Shown here in pieces: positions 1 to 8,854 of a DNA stretch of 64,000 nt. Source of the DNA: Nannocystales bacterium (GTDB lineage Bacteria; Myxococcota_A; Polyangia; Nannocystales; Nannocystaceae); NCBI GenBank assembly GCA_050633305.1, contig JBOEGF010000001.1, forward strand, positions 128,001-192,000. Direction: 5' to 3'. A program made the position numbers and the translations under genes. Below the pieces are notes generated by a model that had not been told where the DNA came from, did no database searches, and saw nothing but the letters and a program-made list of their open reading frames with translations. Position 1 is the stretch's first letter; the number at the start of each line of letters is the position of its first letter.

Positions 1-453
1 GTCGGGATCCTGCCTCCGGGTGCTGGGGTCCTCCTGGTCGCGACGGACACCAACGAGATCTGGGACAACACGATCACGGGCAACGACAGCTTTGGCGTCG
101 CGGTGATCGGGTTCTTGCCGTCCTTGTTCGACGACCCCAACGACCCTGAGTTCGACATCTACTCCGAGGGGAACTACGTCCACGACAACGTCATCTCCGA
201 CAACGCAACCGCTCCCGACCAGCTCGTCCTGGTCCTCAATGGCAACCAGACGCCGGGCCCCGAAGTGATCGCCGGAGGCTGCTTCAACCCGGACCTGGAC
301 CAGTCGGACCCTGCGCTCGCCAACTGCCTGACTGTGGACGCCGGGCAGTTCTTCATGGCCGACGGTTGTCAGCAGCAGGGGGGCACCAACACGGACCTTG
401 CCCCGTTCACCTGCACGCAGCCAGCCCTCCCGACCGAATCTCCGGTCGACTGA
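1..453 (+). CDS. Parallel beta-helix domain protein, C-terminal part (5' end outside window); partner of the SO2930-type diheme cytochrome
   Basis: Frame is open from base 1: VGILPPGAGVLLVATDHNEIWDNTITGNDSFGVAVI...EGNYVHDNVISDN, with the Asn-ladder pattern of beta-helices. It lies directly upstream of a diheme protein, the known gene pairing. Confidence 0.7.
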   Translation, partial: VGILPPGAGVLLVATDTNEIWDNTITGNDSFGVAVIGFLPSLFDDPNDPEFDIYSEGNYVHDNVISDNATAPDQLVLVLNGNQTPGPEVIAGGCFNPDLDQSDPALANCLTVDAGQFFMADGCQQQGGTNTDLAPFTCTQPALPTESPVD

Positions 454-466
454 AAGGACTTCGCCC

Positions 467-1663
467 ATGCGAACTCGCCACGGATTGTTGTTCCTCGCAT
501 CGCTCAGTCTCCTCGCCTCGTGCGGGGACGACGGCGGTGGGGGGGCGGACACGGAGGGGTCATCTCAAGGGGCGACAGGCTCCGAAGACGCGACCGGGTC
601 CTCGGGGACGACCGCGTCTGCAGACACGGACACAGACACGGAAGGGGAGGTCCCTGCCGACCCGGTCAATCTCGACATCGATGAGTATCCGTTCGAGACG
701 CTGTCGGAGTACAACTTCTTCCGAGGCGAGCTGGGTGACCTCGTGCCCAACGATGGGGTCATCTCCTATACAGTTGCGGCTCCGCTGTGGGCGGATGCGG
801 CCGAGAAGGGGCGCTACTTCGTCATTCCCGAGGGCTCGAGCATCGGGTTCACCGAGCAGAACGAGTGGGATTTCCCGACGGGGTCGGTGTTCATCAAGAA
901 CTTCTACTTCGACCAGGACCGCGGAGAGGCCGAGGACCTTCGGGTCGTGGAGACCCGGCTGTTGGTGCTCGAAGAGGACGGCAACTGGCAGAGCTACGGG
1001 TACATCTGGAACGACGAACAGACCGAGGCCGACCAGACGAAGGCCGGCGCCGATGTGTACATCGACTACCTCGATGAGTCTGGGGACCCCCAGTCACAGC
1101 TGTACTTGGTGCCGGACCAGAACGTCTGCGAGAGCTGCCACCAGCGAGACGACCAGACGCTCATCCTGGGCCCGACGACCCGGCAGATGAACACCACGTG
1201 GCCCATCGGCGGCGAAGGGGACGTCAACCAGATCGACTGGTTGGTGGACAACGGGTTCTTCGGTGGTGATGTGCCCTCGGCGGCAGACCTCCCCGCGCTC
1301 GCCCATCCGGCCGGTGATGCGTCGGTCGACGCGAGAGCTCGCGCATACCTGCACGGCAACTGTGCGCACTGCCATCGTCCAGGCGGCGCGGGCGGGTCCA
1401 GCGGATTGAAGTTTGCGGTCTGGGTGGAGGACCCCGCGGAATATGGGGTGTGCAAGCTTCCGGCCGCCGCGGGTCCAGGCGCAGGCGGTCGCAGCTACGA
1501 CATCTTCCCCGGCAGCCCCGAGATGAGCATCCTGCCGTTCCGCATGGCCAGCGAGGATCCGGAGGTCAAGATGCCGGAGTTGCCCAGCTTGTTGGCGGAC
1601 GACTTTGGGGTCCAGCTCATCGAAGAGTGGATCACGCAGATGCCTGGCGACCCCTGCGAGTAA
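467..1663 (+). CDS. SO2930-family diheme c-type cytochrome lipoprotein
   Basis: ATG at 467 follows an AAGGA SD. Lipobox LLASC. Two CXXCH motifs (CESCH, CAHCH). Family-like segments PLWADAAEKGR, FPTGSVFIKNF, VETRLLV, ARAYLHGNCAHCH and KMPEL. Confidence 0.8.
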   Translation: MRTRHGLLFLASLSLLASCGDDGGGGADTEGSSQGATGSEDATGSSGTTASADTDTDTEGEVPADPVNLDIDEYPFETLSEYNFFRGELGDLVPNDGVISYTVAAPLWADAAEKGRYFVIPEGSSIGFTEQNEWDFPTGSVFIKNFYFDQDRGEAEDLRVVETRLLVLEEDGNWQSYGYIWNDEQTEADQTKAGADVYIDYLDESGDPQSQLYLVPDQNVCESCHQRDDQTLILGPTTRQMNTTWPIGGEGDVNQIDWLVDNGFFGGDVPSAADLPALAHPAGDASVDARARAYLHGNCAHCHRPGGAGGSSGLKFAVWVEDPAEYGVCKLPAAAGPGAGGRSYDIFPGSPEMSILPFRMASEDPEVKMPELPSLLADDFGVQLIEEWITQMPGDPCE

Positions 1664-1700
1664 GGCGTCCGAATCGGCTACGCCCAAGTCGGTTGGGCGG

Positions 1701-2135
1701 TCACAGCCCCGTGAGCGCGCGAAGCAAGCGTGCCTCGGGGCTGAGTCGTGGAACACCATCGGGGTGGGGCTCCGCGAGCTGCTCGGCGAGGGTCGCAACC
1801 GCGACCGGCGGGGGATGTGCGGCCATCGCGGCCGCGGTGGCCGGGACGCCGAACTTCGCCCCGATTGCGGCAAGGTGTGGCCGGGATGCTTCTGGTAGCA
1901 GCAGCCGCAAGCGTTCCGCGATGGCTCGAACCGTGGCCGGTGCGTGGTCGGTGAACTCGACGTCTGCGCCGTGAGCCCAGGCTTCGGCGACCTCGAAGGA
2001 AACCTGTCCGGATTGGACCATCGCCTGCGCGTGTGCGATGGGCAGCACCATGGCCCCCGGCGGCATCCTCGGGTCGAGGCCGGGAGCGGAGGCGATCCAG
2101 ATCGCCGGAAGGCGTTGCACCCAGACAGGGATCAC
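1701..2135 (-). CDS. Hypothetical protein (~144 aa)
   Basis: GTG at 2135 overlaps the upstream gene's TGA (GTGA), implying translational coupling. No recognisable motif. Confidence 0.45.
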   Translation of the reverse strand: MIPVWVQRLPAIWIASAPGLDPRMPPGAMVLPIAHAQAMVQSGQVSFEVAEAWAHGADVEFTDHAPATVRAIAERLRLLLPEASRPHLAAIGAKFGVPATAAAMAAHPPPVAVATLAEQLAEPHPDGVPRLSPEARLLRALTGL

Positions 2136-3430
2136 GCCGCCGCCTCCCGCCGCTTGCCAGCCTTGCGTAGCGCCTGACCCACGGGGCCACGGTCGAGTCG
2201 AGCCCGCCCGAGTCGGTTGGCGTCGCCGAACCGTACAATGTGGTCGATGGCACGTTGCGCGGGAGGTAGTCCCACCCACGCATCCCGCCAGACCTGTCGC
2301 CACGCCTTGAGCGTGCTCGCGACTGGGTCCGCTTCGGCATTGGAGATGGGCGAGGCCCCAAGGCTGCCGCCGCTGTCGTACCCGATCTCGTGGACGGACA
2401 GCCCATCTCCCGCCGAGGCGAGTTTGGACTCCGACGTGTTGTGCTGGAGCAGATGCCATGCGGCGTGGGTCAGGACCGCTTCAAGGTGAAGGGGCCGCGC
2501 CGCTCCGGACATGGTGAGGATGTGTGGGCCGGGAAGGGCCGCGAGCGGGACCGGCCCTTGGGGGCGCAGCAGGAGCTGACGGACCCCAGTGCGCGACACG
2601 AGAACCGCCGTGCCGAAGTCCGATGTGATCACCGCACCGCAGCGCTTGATCAACGCCGCGGTGTGCCGTAGCGGCCAGCGCGCAACGTCGGCCCCGGTTC
2701 GGTCCGAAATGCGCTCGACCAACTCTTCCTCGCCCTTCGGGGCGACCAACATCACCGGTCGGCCGGTGGTGTGCGCGAAGGAGGACACCAGCGCCTCCCA
2801 ACCGAATCCTAGCCACGTCTCTGAGGCTCGAGTGGGGGCGACGAGGACCGGGGTCGGACCGTCCCCACAGCCGTGCTCGACCAAGGTGTCTGCGACCGGA
2901 TCCGGGCCGATCAGGCCCGCCTCATCTGTGCGCGCGAGCGAGCCTGCAGACCACACATCCTGGAGAGCGAACACGTTGAGGGTTGGGTCGATGCCCCACG
3001 TCGCGAGGTACTCGAACGCGGGGTGGGAGGCCCGCCATTGACCGGTCTCGTCGACGAACGGGCCGACGACGCAGTGCGGGTTCAAGGTGAACAGGGGCGC
3101 GAGGTGGCCGGCGAGTCCGCCGTACGTCAGGTTCAGGACGACATCGAAGGGCTGACCCGCCACAATGCCCGCGATCGCACCTTTGAGCGCGATCGCAGCG
3201 GCGAGCGGATGGCGTTGAGAACGGGTGCGCAGGCCGGAGAGGGGCAGGTCGTGCACCGCCGAAGCTCCGGGAAGAAGGGCGCATGCGTCGTGGGTGAGGT
3301 CCCAACCAACGACCTCCACGCGCTCGACATCTCGTCTTGCTCCCCACGCGGCGGTGATGCGCGCCGCGTTCCATACGTCGGTCTCCGTTCCGAGCGAGAG
3401 CACCATCACTCGCTTGTGCCGACTCTTCAC
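2132..3430 (-). CDS. Divergent glycosyltransferase family 9 (heptosyltransferase-like) protein
   Basis: GT9-like segments FDVVLNLT, PVMLVAPKGEEELVERI and LRHTAALIKRCGAVITSDFGT. Probable GTG start at 3430 after GAAGG; the longer ORF overlaps the divergent gene. Confidence 0.55.
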   Translation of the reverse strand: MKSRHKRVMVLSLGTETDVWNAARITAAWGARRDVERVEVVGWDLTHDACALLPGASAVHDLPLSGLRTRSQRHPLAAAIALKGAIAGIVAGQPFDVVLNLTYGGLAGHLAPLFTLNPHCVVGPFVDETGQWRASHPAFEYLATWGIDPTLNVFALQDVWSAGSLARTDEAGLIGPDPVADTLVEHGCGDGPTPVLVAPTRASETWLGFGWEALVSSFAHTTGRPVMLVAPKGEEELVERISDRTGADVARWPLRHTAALIKRCGAVITSDFGTAVLVSRTGVRQLLLRPQGPVPLAALPGPHILTMSGAARPLHLEAVLTHAAWHLLQHNTSESKLASAGDGLSVHEIGYDSGGSLGASPISNAEADPVASTLKAWRQVWRDAWVGLPPAQRAIDHIVRFGDANRLGRARLDRGPVGQALRKAGKRREAAA

Positions 3431-3566
3431 CCTTCGTTTGTGCCGCGTGCCACGGTGACTGCAAGGGGGGAGGGGCTGACGCTGCGGCCCATCGTGGGTC
3501 CGTCTGCGAAGCGGGGGTCCGCCACGGACTGGGTGTGCGGCAAGCCCGTGGTACGGTCGGCGCTCG

Positions 3567-4562
3567 ATGGTTGGCCTAAGGTGGAGTCTAGGGGCCGTTG
3601 CGGCGCTTCTGGTGGGGTGTAGCGACGATGGAACCGTGGCCGCAGGGGGATCGTCCGGCGGAGCCGCGTCCACGACCCCCGGTTCAGCGTCCGCCGATTC
3701 GAGCAACGACTCCGCGGGTCCTGGCGGGGGGCTGACAGACTCCGCGGGCGGGTCGACCGACGGCGGATCGACTGGGGGCGGGATCGACCCGGCGGGTTCC
3801 GGGGGGACCGACGACGCGGAGACGGGCGAACCCCCCGAGCTGCCGTGGCAACCGAAACCGGGAACGAGCTGGCAGTGGCAACTCGTCGACGACATCGACA
3901 CTTCGCTCGACGTCGAGGTGTACGACATCGATCTCTTCGACACGCCGCAGTCCACGGTCGAGGCCCTTCAGGCGGATGGCCGTGTTGTGATCTGCTACTT
4001 CAGCGCGGGCAGCTACGAGGAGTGGCGCGACGACGCGGGCGACCTTCCGCCCGCGGCGATTGGAGACCCTCTCGATGGCTGGCCTGGCGAGGCTTGGCTC
4101 GACCACAGGGACGCCGGGGTGCGAGCGGTGATGTCCGCGCGACTCGACCTTGCCGTCTCCAAGGGCTGCGATGCCGTCGAGCCTGACAATGTCGATGGGT
4201 ACACGAACCCAACGGGCTTCGACCTCACCGCGGACGACCAACTCGACTACAACCGATGGCTCGCGACGCAGGCACACGAGCGTAGCTTGTCGATCGGGCT
4301 CAAGAATGATGTCGACCAAGTCGAGGCGTTGGTCGACGATTTCGATTGGGCGCTCAACGAGGAGTGCGTCACCTACGAGGAGTGCGAGACCGCGTCGCCG
4401 TTCATCGAACAGGGCAAGGCGGTCTTCCACGTCGAGTACGTCGATGACACCGCCGATGGACCCGCGCTGCTCGATACCGTGTGTCCGCAAACCTCGGGGC
4501 TGGGCTTCTCCACGTTGATCAAGGAGTGGGACCTGACGGTGTGGCGTCTGGCGTGCCCGTGA
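3567..4562 (+). CDS. Endo-alpha-1,4-polygalactosaminidase (GH114) lipoprotein
   Basis: Lipobox LVGC and a S/T/G linker, then WQWQL, VYDIDLFD, VICYFSAGSYEEWRDD, GCDAVEPDNVD, GLKND and WALNEEC. Confidence 0.85.
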   Translation: MVGLRWSLGAVAALLVGCSDDGTVAAGGSSGGAASTTPGSASADSSNDSAGPGGGLTDSAGGSTDGGSTGGGIDPAGSGGTDDAETGEPPELPWQPKPGTSWQWQLVDDIDTSLDVEVYDIDLFDTPQSTVEALQADGRVVICYFSAGSYEEWRDDAGDLPPAAIGDPLDGWPGEAWLDHRDAGVRAVMSARLDLAVSKGCDAVEPDNVDGYTNPTGFDLTADDQLDYNRWLATQAHERSLSIGLKNDVDQVEALVDDFDWALNEECVTYEECETASPFIEQGKAVFHVEYVDDTADGPALLDTVCPQTSGLGFSTLIKEWDLTVWRLACP

Positions 4563-4584
4563 CGAACGTGGGCGAGCACGCGCC

Positions 4585-5808
4585 TCACCGCTCGTTGTAG
4601 GGGAGCTCGGGGCAGCGCAGGCAGGCGTTCGTGCTGGGCACGTCGACCAGCCCCGGCCGCTCCGCGGGACGCAGGGTCACCGGGACCACTGCGGTTTGCC
4701 ATCGCCCAGCGCGATAGGCATGCAACGTGGCGGCCGAGGTCTCGCCAAGGCGGAGAACGGCGAATCCGGGGCGAGGCGTGTACCGGTCCGGGACGAGGGC
4801 GACCGAGCTGTTGAACCGGAGTCGTCGCCAGGTGCGACGCACGTCGGGGGCCGAAGCTGCACCGGAGACGACCTGGAAGACCGCGTGCGGGAGGAACACA
4901 CGGTCCCCGCGAATCGTCCCGTCCGTGATGTCGTGGGAGGCGTAGCTCGCTCGGTCGTGGCCGGCGATCGCCCCAACGAAGACCCCGGCAGCAAGCGCGC
5001 GGCCGACCGGTGGTGCGAGCATGTGGACCGAGGAATCAGGAGCCCCGCCACCATCGCCGTGAAACCCCGCCGCTTCGACCGGATAGGTCGCGACCAGGAT
5101 TCTGGGCGGCCCCGGGTTGTCCTGCAGGGCCGTCATGAGTGTATCGAGGCTACGCAGATCCTCATCGCGTTCCGCCGGACGAGCGCCAGCGATCCACGGG
5201 GTGAGGTCCACAAAAACAAGCTGGGCGGTGAGCTCCGATGCATCGTCGGAAGCTGGTGTGGTCTCGGGCAGGTCGGTGCAGGTGCCGTCGTTGCAGGTCG
5301 AGGCGATACGCGTTGCCCCCGAGCGGAGGAGATCCACGACGTAGTGGACACCGGGCTGAGCGGCAGGGTGCTGCGCGTCGGTGCGGAGTGCCTCTCGCGC
5401 CCCGCAGCGATACGCGGTCTCGCCGGGCAGAGAAAACGCGGCGCCCCCGGACTGGGTGTGGTTGCGCACGACGCTCGCGAGTTCGTCGATGCCGGCCCGG
5501 TTCCAGGTCGAGGAGCGCGCGTCACACTCGAGTCTGCCGCGGCGGTTGAGCAAGTTGTCGCCCAGCCACAGGACGACGGGGCTCCGACCCGCTGCCCGCT
5601 CTGCCTCGAGGGTCTCGGAGACGCCGCGTGCGACCGCGGCTGGCGTGCGTCCGGGCGCGCCGGGATCGCCGACAATGACCAGACTCAAGCCGCCCGCGAC
5701 CACTTGTGGGCTGACGTCGGCCCGCTCCCACTGGTGGGCGCGGTGCGTGAGGCAACCCGAGGTCCACACCAGGGCTGCACACGCGAGCTGGGCGAGTGTT
5801 CGCCTCAC
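4585..5808 (-). CDS. Calcineurin-like metallophosphoesterase-fold lipoprotein with degenerate motifs
   Basis: Lipobox-like TSGC. Motifs IVGDPG, WLGDN, AGHD and VVSGAAS are present; the GNHD and HHP motifs are altered. Confidence 0.55.
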   Translation of the reverse strand: MRRTLAQLACAALVWTSGCLTHRAHQWERADVSPQVVAGGLSLVIVGDPGAPGRTPAAVARGVSETLEAERAAGRSPVVLWLGDNLLNRRGRLECDARSSTWNRAGIDELASVVRNHTQSGGAAFSLPGETAYRCGAREALRTDAQHPAAQPGVHYVVDLLRSGATRIASTCNDGTCTDLPETTPASDDASELTAQLVFVDLTPWIAGARPAERDEDLRSLDTLMTALQDNPGPPRILVATYPVEAAGFHGDGGGAPDSSVHMLAPPVGRALAAGVFVGAIAGHDRASYASHDITDGTIRGDRVFLPHAVFQVVSGAASAPDVRRTWRRLRFNSSVALVPDRYTPRPGFAVLRLGETSAATLHAYRAGRWQTAVVPVTLRPAERPGLVDVPSTNACLRCPELPYNER

Positions 5809-5909
5809 CCGGCGAGGCTACCGTTTCCTGCAGAAAAACGCCCGCGGCAGGGTTCTCCTCACGGGCGAGTGCCTTGCGGCGGCTCGCCTCGATCGTCGAC
5901 CATGCAGCC

Positions 5910-6464
5910 ATGTCGGGACCGTCGCGATCTAGCGCCCCTGACGCCCTGCTTCTGCGGACCTCGATCAACGGGGATGCAGTGCAGTTGGCGATCGAACCTC
6001 ATCACACCCTGCTCGAGGTGCTGCGTTATCAGCTCGACCTCATCGGCAGCAAACAAGGCTGCGACAAGGGGGACTGCGGCGCTTGCACAGTCCAGATCGA
6101 TGGCAAGCCCGCGCTGGCCTGCCTCACCCTGGGCGTCCATGCCGAAGGGCGGGAGGTCTCGACGGTGGAGGGGCTGGGGGACGCGCACGGCGGTTGTCAT
6201 CCGTTGCAGGACGCGTTCGACCGCCACGATGCCGCGCAGTGTGGATTCTGCACGCCTGGGATCCTGCTGAGTGCGGAGGCGCTCCTGCGGGAGCGGGGCC
6301 GGCCGGTCTCCCGACTCGAAGTCCGAGAGGCGCTGGCGGGAAACCTGTGCCGGTGCACCGGATACACCAAGATCCTCGACGCGGTCGTCGACGCGTCCGA
6401 GGTGATGCACGGGCAGGGGACCGACACGGCCTCGCCAAGCGCAAAGAAGGAAGCAGCCCAGTGA
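5910..6464 (+). CDS. 2x[2Fe-2S] small subunit of a xanthine-oxidase-family molybdoenzyme (HcrC/CoxS-like)
   Basis: GCDKGDCGACTV...LAC and QCGFCTPG...GNLCRCTGY motifs. Confidence 0.9.
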   Translation: MSGPSRSSAPDALLLRTSINGDAVQLAIEPHHTLLEVLRYQLDLIGSKQGCDKGDCGACTVQIDGKPALACLTLGVHAEGREVSTVEGLGDAHGGCHPLQDAFDRHDAAQCGFCTPGILLSAEALLRERGRPVSRLEVREALAGNLCRCTGYTKILDAVVDASEVMHGQGTDTASPSAKKEAAQ

Positions 6465-8854
6465 GCGAGAACGAAGACATTCCCGTGGGCGAGGACGGCG
6501 GACAGCCCCACACCCAGGTGGGCGGCGTACACCGCAAGGTGGACGCGATGGAGCGGATGCGGGGGATCACCCGCTACACCGATGACCTCAAGCTGCCGCG
6601 GATGCTGCACGCCAAGATCAAGCGCAGCCCGCACCCGCACGCGAAGATCCTATCGATCGACTCGTCCGCCGCGCTTGCGATGCCCGGCGTACACGCGGTC
6701 ATCACCGGCAAGGACCTGCCCGAGCCCTACGGCATCATCCCATGGACGCCTGACGAGACGGCGCTGTGTGTCGAGAAGGCGCTGCACGTCGGAGACGGAG
6801 TCGCGTGTGTCGCGGCCGACGACGAGGACACGGCCATCGAGGCGCTCGAGAAGATCGTCGTGAACTACGAAGTGCTCGAGCCGCTGTTCGACCCCGAGCA
6901 GGCACTCGAGGCCCGCGACAACCCGATCAACCCGTACTCGCAAAAGGGAAACCTCTCCAAGAAGGTCCTTCTGGAGTTCGGGGACGTGGAGGCCACGCTC
7001 GAGCAGTCCGAGTTGGTGGTCGAGGCCGACTATTTCTTTGAGGGCACCACACACGCGGCGATCGAGCCTCACTGCGCGGTCGCCCACGTCGAGGCCAACG
7101 GCATCCTCACGGTCTGGTCCGCGACCCAGGTTTCGCACTACCTGCACCGGGAGTTGGCCAAGGTCTTGGGGATGCCCGCCAACCGCATCCGCGTGATCCA
7201 GCCTCCTCTGGGTGGCGCCTTCGGGGGCAAGAGCGAACCGTTCGACCTGGAGTTCTGCGTCGCCAAACTCGCCGTGATGACGGGGCGTCCGGTCAAGCTG
7301 CTCTACACCCGCGAAGAGGTCTTCTACAGCCATCGCGGCCGTCACCCGATGAAGATGAAGTACCGCACGGGCTTCACGAAAGACGGCAAGATCACCGGAG
7401 TCGACGCCAAGACGGTTCTCGATGGCGGCGCGTACTCCAGCTTCGGATTGGTCACGACGTACTACTCCGGGCAGCTGCTGTGTGCGCCCTACGGCTTTGA
7501 CGCCTACCGTTTCCATTCGAAGCGCGCGTACACGAACAAGCCCGCGTGCGGTCCCAAGCGAGGGCACGGCAGCGTCCAGCCTCGGTTCGCGATCGAATGC
7601 CAGATCGACAAGGCTGCTGAGCAGCTGGGTCTCGATCCGATCGACATGCGGCTACGCAACGACATCGGCGCGGACGCGGAGACGGTCAACGGCTTCAAGG
7701 TCGGCAGCAACGGGTTCTCCGAGTGCTTGCGACGGGTTCGCTCCAGCAGCGTTTGGGACTCCAAGCGCAAGGAGTTGCCCTACGGGCGTGGAATCGGCGT
7801 CGCGGGCAGCACGTACATCTCGGGGACCAACTACCCGATCTATCCCAACGACATGCCCCAGGCGGCCGTGCAGATCACGCTCGACCGTTCGGGGCGCGCG
7901 CGCATCTTCTCGGGTGCCAACGACATCGGCCAGGGAAGCAACACCATGTTGGCCGTCATCGCGGGCAACGAGTTGGGACTCCCGCTCGACGACATCCGCG
8001 TGCTCTCGGCCGACACGGACCTGTGCCCCGTCGACTTGGGGGCCTACAGCTCACGGATCACCCTGATGGTCGGCAACGCGTGTGTCGAGGCTGCGCGGAA
8101 GCTGCGGCGGTTGGTGTGTGAAGCCGTGGGCAAGCGTTGGGAAATCCCCCGCAAGCAGGTGACGCTGGCCCAAGGACAAGCGATCGACCGTGAGGACCCC
8201 GAGCGCAACGTCACGCTGGCGGAGGCGTTCGTCTGGGCGGAGTCCGACAACGGCCTGCTCGCGGCGACGGGTTCGTACAACACGCCCAAGGACCGGCACG
8301 GTGACTATCGTGGCGGCACGATCGGAGCCTCGCCTGCGTACAGCTTCACCGCCCACATCGCGGAGGTCGAGGTCGACCCGAGGACGGGCGTCGTCGATGT
8401 GAAGACGATCTGGGTCGCGCACGACTGCGGACGCGCGCTGAGCCGAAAGATCGTGGAGGGCCAGATGGAAGGCTCCGCGTACATGGGCTTCGCCGAGGCG
8501 ATCATGGAACAGCATGTCGTCGACCCCGGCCACAATGGTGTGCACCCGGGACCGAGCCTGCTCGACTACCGGATCCCGACCTTCCTCGACACGCCCGAGT
8601 TGGAGGCGCTCATCGTCGAGTCGCCGGATGCTCAAGGACCCTACGGGGCCAAGGAAGCGGGGGAAGGCCCGCTGCACCCCAGCATTCCCGCGATCGCCAA
8701 CGCCATCTACGACGCGGTGGGCGTCCGCATGGACAGCCTTCCGTTCACCCCGCCTCGCGTGCTCGCGGGGCTCCAGGCTCGCGCGGAACAAGAGCGCGCG
8801 GGTGACCACTCGCCTCACAAGCCGGATACCGACGGCGCCCGGAGGATTGCCTGA
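6461..8854 (+). CDS. Molybdopterin-binding large subunit, 4-hydroxybenzoyl-CoA reductase alpha (HcrA)-like
   Basis: GTG overlaps the previous TGA. Motifs RSPHPHAKI, GGAFGGK, KRGHG, DIGQGS, VEGQMEG and GAKEAGEG (catalytic Glu region). Confidence 0.85.
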   Translation: MSENEDIPVGEDGGQPHTQVGGVHRKVDAMERMRGITRYTDDLKLPRMLHAKIKRSPHPHAKILSIDSSAALAMPGVHAVITGKDLPEPYGIIPWTPDETALCVEKALHVGDGVACVAADDEDTAIEALEKIVVNYEVLEPLFDPEQALEARDNPINPYSQKGNLSKKVLLEFGDVEATLEQSELVVEADYFFEGTTHAAIEPHCAVAHVEANGILTVWSATQVSHYLHRELAKVLGMPANRIRVIQPPLGGAFGGKSEPFDLEFCVAKLAVMTGRPVKLLYTREEVFYSHRGRHPMKMKYRTGFTKDGKITGVDAKTVLDGGAYSSFGLVTTYYSGQLLCAPYGFDAYRFHSKRAYTNKPACGPKRGHGSVQPRFAIECQIDKAAEQLGLDPIDMRLRNDIGADAETVNGFKVGSNGFSECLRRVRSSSVWDSKRKELPYGRGIGVAGSTYISGTNYPIYPNDMPQAAVQITLDRSGRARIFSGANDIGQGSNTMLAVIAGNELGLPLDDIRVLSADTDLCPVDLGAYSSRITLMVGNACVEAARKLRRLVCEAVGKRWEIPRKQVTLAQGQAIDREDPERNVTLAEAFVWAESDNGLLAATGSYNTPKDRHGDYRGGTIGASPAYSFTAHIAEVEVDPRTGVVDVKTIWVAHDCGRALSRKIVEGQMEGSAYMGFAEAIMEQHVVDPGHNGVHPGPSLLDYRIPTFLDTPELEALIVESPDAQGPYGAKEAGEGPLHPSIPAIANAIYDAVGVRMDSLPFTPPRVLAGLQARAEQERAGDHSPHKPDTDGARRIA

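Noticed and set aside
3549..3564. Sigma54-like GG-N10-GC before the GH114 gene
   Set aside because: Lacks TTGC and lies too close to the ATG; TACGGT is better read as a -10 box.
4696..6270. Long alternative ORFs (also 17072-18838, 24772-27147, 27834-29645, 31097-32716, 59031-60683 and others)
   Set aside because: Antisense or off-frame shadows of well-supported genes, typical of high-GC DNA; they carry no recognisable motifs.
6083..6460. N-terminal extensions in the ORF track (e.g. 6083, 14559, 20423, 22032, 24700, 40601)
   Set aside because: They overlap neighbouring genes or regulatory DNA. Downstream starts are supported by signal peptides, SD sequences, gene overlaps or -10 boxes.
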